DNA of 64,000 bases, taken from NCBI GenBank assembly GCA_973895155.1, contig OZ316893.1, forward strand, positions 2,934,430 to 2,998,429, in the 5' to 3' direction. The DNA comes from Marsupella aquatica (Eukaryota; Plantae; Marchantiophyta). Under the pieces are notes generated by a model. It saw only the letters and a program-made list of their open reading frames with translations, was not told the DNA's origin and did no database searches. Both the position numbers and the translations under genes were made by a program. Position 1 is the stretch's first letter. The number at the start of each line of letters is the position of its first letter. Positions 59,683-64,000 of this stretch are shown here, piece by piece.

Positions 59683-62600
59683 CTAAAGCCACTCTGCAGG
59701 GAAGCCTGTCACTGGGTTAACTTGTGAAGCCAAGCTACGCAACTCCTCCACCTCAGAAGCTGTTAAGTTCCACCCAAGTGCCCCTGCAAATTCTTTTGCC
59801 TGTAGAGAAACGATCATTAAATAAAAACTCACTGGAAATAGTGACAGGCAGGATTCTGTACAGTAATGCTGTCTTCGAGAAAACATGGAGTTGCTACAGT
59901 TTAGCTTACTTATGCAAAATATCAACTTCTTTACTGTGCTGGTATTAGCAGTGGATACTTTTTATCAAATTCATGCAACTCGGTTCCTTATCCTCTTGGC
60001 AGTCGTAGGAGATGACAGGACTTGTGCTGAGTTGAACAACCACAACTCACCTGACTTGCTGTCTTTGCTCCAGGGATGGGTATCACATTGCCTTGTGATA
60101 CAAGCCAGTTCAAAGCCACCTGCAGCAAGTCAATTGATGAGGACAATGTTCTCATTTTGACGAGGAAATCTGGCCGGCTCTTTTGAAAGATGAGTATCTG
60201 CACACGATCTAGTGGCTGCCTTCCGAAACCCACCTCGACTAGATACGAAGAGAATCGTGTGCCTCCTAAATCAACGGCTATAAATCTAGTTGATCTTAAA
60301 CACTAGATACCCTCCTCAACTTGAACATCATGCCCCGTGCGTGACTGCATTACAATATAGAAATCATGTTATGTATCCCATCAGGTCTCGATTTTTTGTA
60401 AGACGAGAACCTTAGATTGACGTGACTACCTGAGTTTGAGTCTTATCGTACTGTTGTCCAATCTCCTTCATTCTTTTCAGAAGTGGTTCAAGCTGCAATT
60501 CGTGCATTAGTAATTCAAGTCAGTGATACTCAGACTTGCCAGCCAGCTTCTCAGAAATGCCTCCTGGCCGCAAAGCACTGCAGAAAGAGAAATTACAAGA
60601 AATCCGGTCATAGTTCAATCTACCTTGATCATAAACTCACGGTTATAAACCCCACTCCTTCCACCGGACGGAAGCTTGTCTGGGGAGTACTTCCCAGTCA
60701 AAACGCCTACAAGCAGCACAGGCATAATGCACATGGGTAATGTCACAAAGCAAGAGACATATACCTATAATTCACTAGTCCAAAACATGTTACTGTGATA
60801 CGCTCTTTGACTGGGCGAAGTACAGCTTTAAAGACTTCCCCAATTCATGGTCAATTAAAAATTAGTAAGAAAGGCTGACTTTAAATCTAATTAAATAAAG
60901 TAATGCAATTCTGGTAGAATACTTTTGGGACATCTTGTCATTCCCCCTTCAAGAGCCACATTTTGATCGTATGTGACAGACCTAAAAAACCCTGTATTAA
61001 AAGACTATCATAAGATGAATTAGCCAGAAATCTTATTAAAATCATAAAGTGACACCCGCGCAAGGATAAAGAGTGCTGATTTTGACCGTTCTGTTCAGTA
61101 TATCAACCATTGTAAGTTTAGCAAACCGGACATCCGATTTCTCACCTTGGCCCAGTGGAGAGTAGGCTATGAGAGATATTCCCAGCTCGTCGCACGTCCT
61201 TTTGACTCCATTCTTTTCAGGAAGTCTATACGCCAAACTGTAGTGGACTTGATTTGATGCAAGAATAATTCCACGCTTCTTCAACTGAGCATAAGCATCC
61301 CTCAGTCTTGACTCTGGCGCAAACAAGAAGCATTCACTTTGTAAGCTCCAAATTTGTTTCGTCTCGATGCAGCTCCACATCGTAGGGCAATCTTGATACT
61401 GTATTCAAGAGAGTGTTACCTTTGTAATTCGAAACTCCTACGGCCTTCACCAACCCCAGTTCAACAGCATCAGCGAGCCCATCAATGTACTCTGCAGAAG
61501 ACGGAGAATGAGTGGAAATCACAGTCGTTGATAGCTTTGATATCAATACATCCTTCGAACTTTCAAATAAGCCAAAGCCCTTCACAGAAAACTAATGCTG
61601 GAGAAAGTTGATCTTCCTCCAGGAGCAGCTTAATGGCGTGTTATCATGGACCAACCTTCATTGCCCCACAGCCCTGGCCTGCATAGCGCATTCCAACAAA
61701 AACGCCTTAGTGACGGAATTTTGATCCCAGAGATAACTCAGTAAATCTCTCTCATTACAACCACCAGACACTGTTACCACTGTTAAAGCCAAACACAAGC
61801 CATTGACGACCCGTTACTGGTGCCAAGCCAGCCATACCAATGAAGTTGATAAAGATCAATAGAATCCACGCCAAGCCTCTTGAGAGAATTCCTGGCAGCT
61901 GACACAACCGAGCCTCGCCCCAGACGCCATGGCAATGCCGCAAACTTGGTAGCCACAATCACTTTTGTACTATCCTTCTGTTGCCTCTCCATAATAAATC
62001 TGCACAAATGAAGGAGAATTAATACTCCGTATCATGCATCAAAGTCCGTGAAAATATTCCCTTTCAAGTGAGACACACATCATGGCGCAGGCAGGATGGT
62101 TTGTGACAATGAGACCAGTTGATGAACGTTACATGGAATTCAACAATTCCACGCTGAACTTCATTCTCACCTTCCCAGTAGACTCTCAGAATCATCTCCG
62201 CCCCACGGAAACTGCAATTTGGCAATCGGACAAAGTCACATGTGAACACGAGTGTCATGGGAATCTTGTGCTCGTCAGCAAATTTTGATGAGAAACATGC
62301 AACACCAAGATTCATCCAGAAAATTGCAACCGGTAGAGCCGTCTTCGTACATTTCTCAAAAGAGAAATGTTGCAAAGTTGAAAGCTTGCTCACCTTTTGC
62401 CCATAAACCTCTGCAGTATACAAACAGCACACAGTGCATTAGCTCCAAACTGCGAGTTAACAGGTGTAGAAAACCAGCAGCAAGTGCATTCATTCATTTT
62501 TCTGTGACTCTCTCAATGTTTTAGATACACTAACGTCATAGAAGGAAATAATCAAAAAAGTGCACTATGTCATTTGAAAAAATTGCGAATTCCGTGACTC

Positions 62601-63784
62601 TTAAGACTGGCACGGAGTGAAAAGGCAATCTCAAAATAGAGCTCCAGAATAATCATGGCATAGGAAGTTGTCCCTGTTGACAGGATCTTGCAAATGGGCG
62701 AGAACTTCGATAGAGTGCACGATCCCCTTGGTCTTCAAAATAAAATACGTTCACCCAAAGCTAATCATACACATCTCTAGAATGGTATCATCCCCAAAGG
62801 ATCTGCCTGCACATAGACGGCTTCTAAAGGATGGAACGAGTAGCTGACACACACCTGCTGTATCAATGAAAGGAAGGCCGACGTCCACACTTGTATCAAA
62901 AGCTGCCTTAGCTTCTTTGGCTTTCCTGTCTGCAAACCCGAACAAGAATACAACAGTCCTCTCTAAATTAAGAATGAACCAAAAGCCTAGAAATTTTCTT
63001 AATTGGAATTCAAAATGTCTCAGAGGTCACTCCTGCTACTTGCGCTACACTAATGCAAAATGGTTCTGTTGTTATAGTTCTTACTCATAGAACAGAAAGA
63101 ACGGATAAACAATCTAGAGACTAAATTCGTGAAAGCTATTTTCCTCGGACTAAATATCATCGCAATTGCCAGGAGAGACTACTACGTAAAACCGGATAAA
63201 CCCCTGATAGGAAAAGAAACTTAGATAAATAACGTACATCAATATCTTCTTACGGAAACGCATAAACTGCTTGTTTGCTTGGTCAAACCGAGAACTGGTT
63301 TCACAATACGGTACATGAATAAACTGACAATCGATTTAACCGTTCTCTGTTTTCTTTTCTTGTTCGAAATGGATTCTTAGCCTTTTCAGAAATCGAACTC
63401 AAACCCTTCCTCTAAGTATTTACTGATTTTCGAAGTCCAACTGTCCAGAAGCCAGTGATCAGGGCAAAGAAGTAGAGCAACGAGGCACTCACCATCCCAG
63501 CCGCCTTCATGCCAAAAAAAAGCATCTCCCCAAGACCAAGCCCCCACTCCAAGCTTAGGCACTCGCACATCAGTCTGTCCTAATGGCACGGTCTCAAGCT
63601 CTTGTTGTGACGGTGTCTCTACGGCTTGAGCTTTGCAGTCGACTTGCTTCCCCTCCCTTGCCACCAATTTCATCCTCATTCTAGTGACATTGCGCAGTCC
63701 TTGACCTCGAAGGCTTTCCAAACTACCGAGGGATGCAGCAGTCGTGCTAGGGTAGCAAGACAGTGATGGGCTTAGACAAGCCAT
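59683..63784 (-). CDS. Aldo-keto reductase, At1g06690-like, with a probable plastid transit peptide, 12 exons, about 393 aa
   Basis: Exons 63784-63493, 62929-62855, 62410-62394, 62211-62171, 61999-61838, 61678-61656, 61491-61420, 61313-61146, 60706-60624, 60492-60430, 60119-60051 and 59799-59683. Motifs: [52 protein letters not shown] and IPIPGAK. The catalytic D/Y/K/H tetrad is intact. Confidence 0.93.
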
Positions 63785-64000
63785 CTGCCTCCGTTTGACC
63801 GATCTCTTATCCCTGTGAATCAAAGCAGAGCAGCGCGGTAGACACTGAACACGGCTCAGAATAACTTCATTCTTACTCCACATACAAGATCAATGGCACA
63901 AGGACCCATCTCTAAAAGTCGGGCCCCATAAGTGTTGGACAAAGCATAAAAGGCATAACGCCGGGAGTTGAAATTGGCCAAGGAAGAACAATTATTCACG

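Noticed and set aside
60228-60330. USE-like ACCCACCTCG plus TATAAAT (snRNA promoter)
   Set aside because: The spacing of about 41 nt is too long, and the downstream sequence matches no snRNA I recognise. It lies in an intron of the reductase gene.
63785-63883. 33-aa N-terminal extension of the reductase from the ATG at 63883
   Set aside because: The Ser-rich MACLSPSLS start at 63784 fits a transit peptide and has better context; the upstream ATG may lie outside the transcript.

Overview
Eukaryotic land-plant nuclear DNA with intron-rich genes; every intron I traced is GT-AG. A non-seed plant such as a bryophyte is a guess only. Seven protein genes can be recognised: a TKPR1-type tetraketide alpha-pyrone reductase (-), the plant-specific Rab5 ARA6/RABF1 (+), a WI12/SAG20 NTF2-like wound-induced protein (+), a DUF4228/PADRE protein (-), DET1 (-), BRE/BRCC45 (-) and a plastid-type aldo-keto reductase (-). 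There is also one unassigned 224-aa ORF and a tRNA-Lys(UUU). Intergenic DNA holds small non-autonomous transposons (a nested fold-back/MITE, a Helitron, SINE and LINE remnants) and many tandem repeats. Two observations stand out. (1) DET1 carries a roughly 420-aa disordered insertion encoded by one 1470-nt exon, with 426 consecutive residues lacking lysine and 13 Asn-Gly motifs, a candidate lysine desert in a CUL4-DDB1 ligase subunit. (2) The WI12 gene has no in-frame AUG before its conserved core but has a CUG in strong initiation context, suggesting non-AUG initiation. Family assignments come from recalled protein sequences, not database searches, and exon coordinates were traced by eye.
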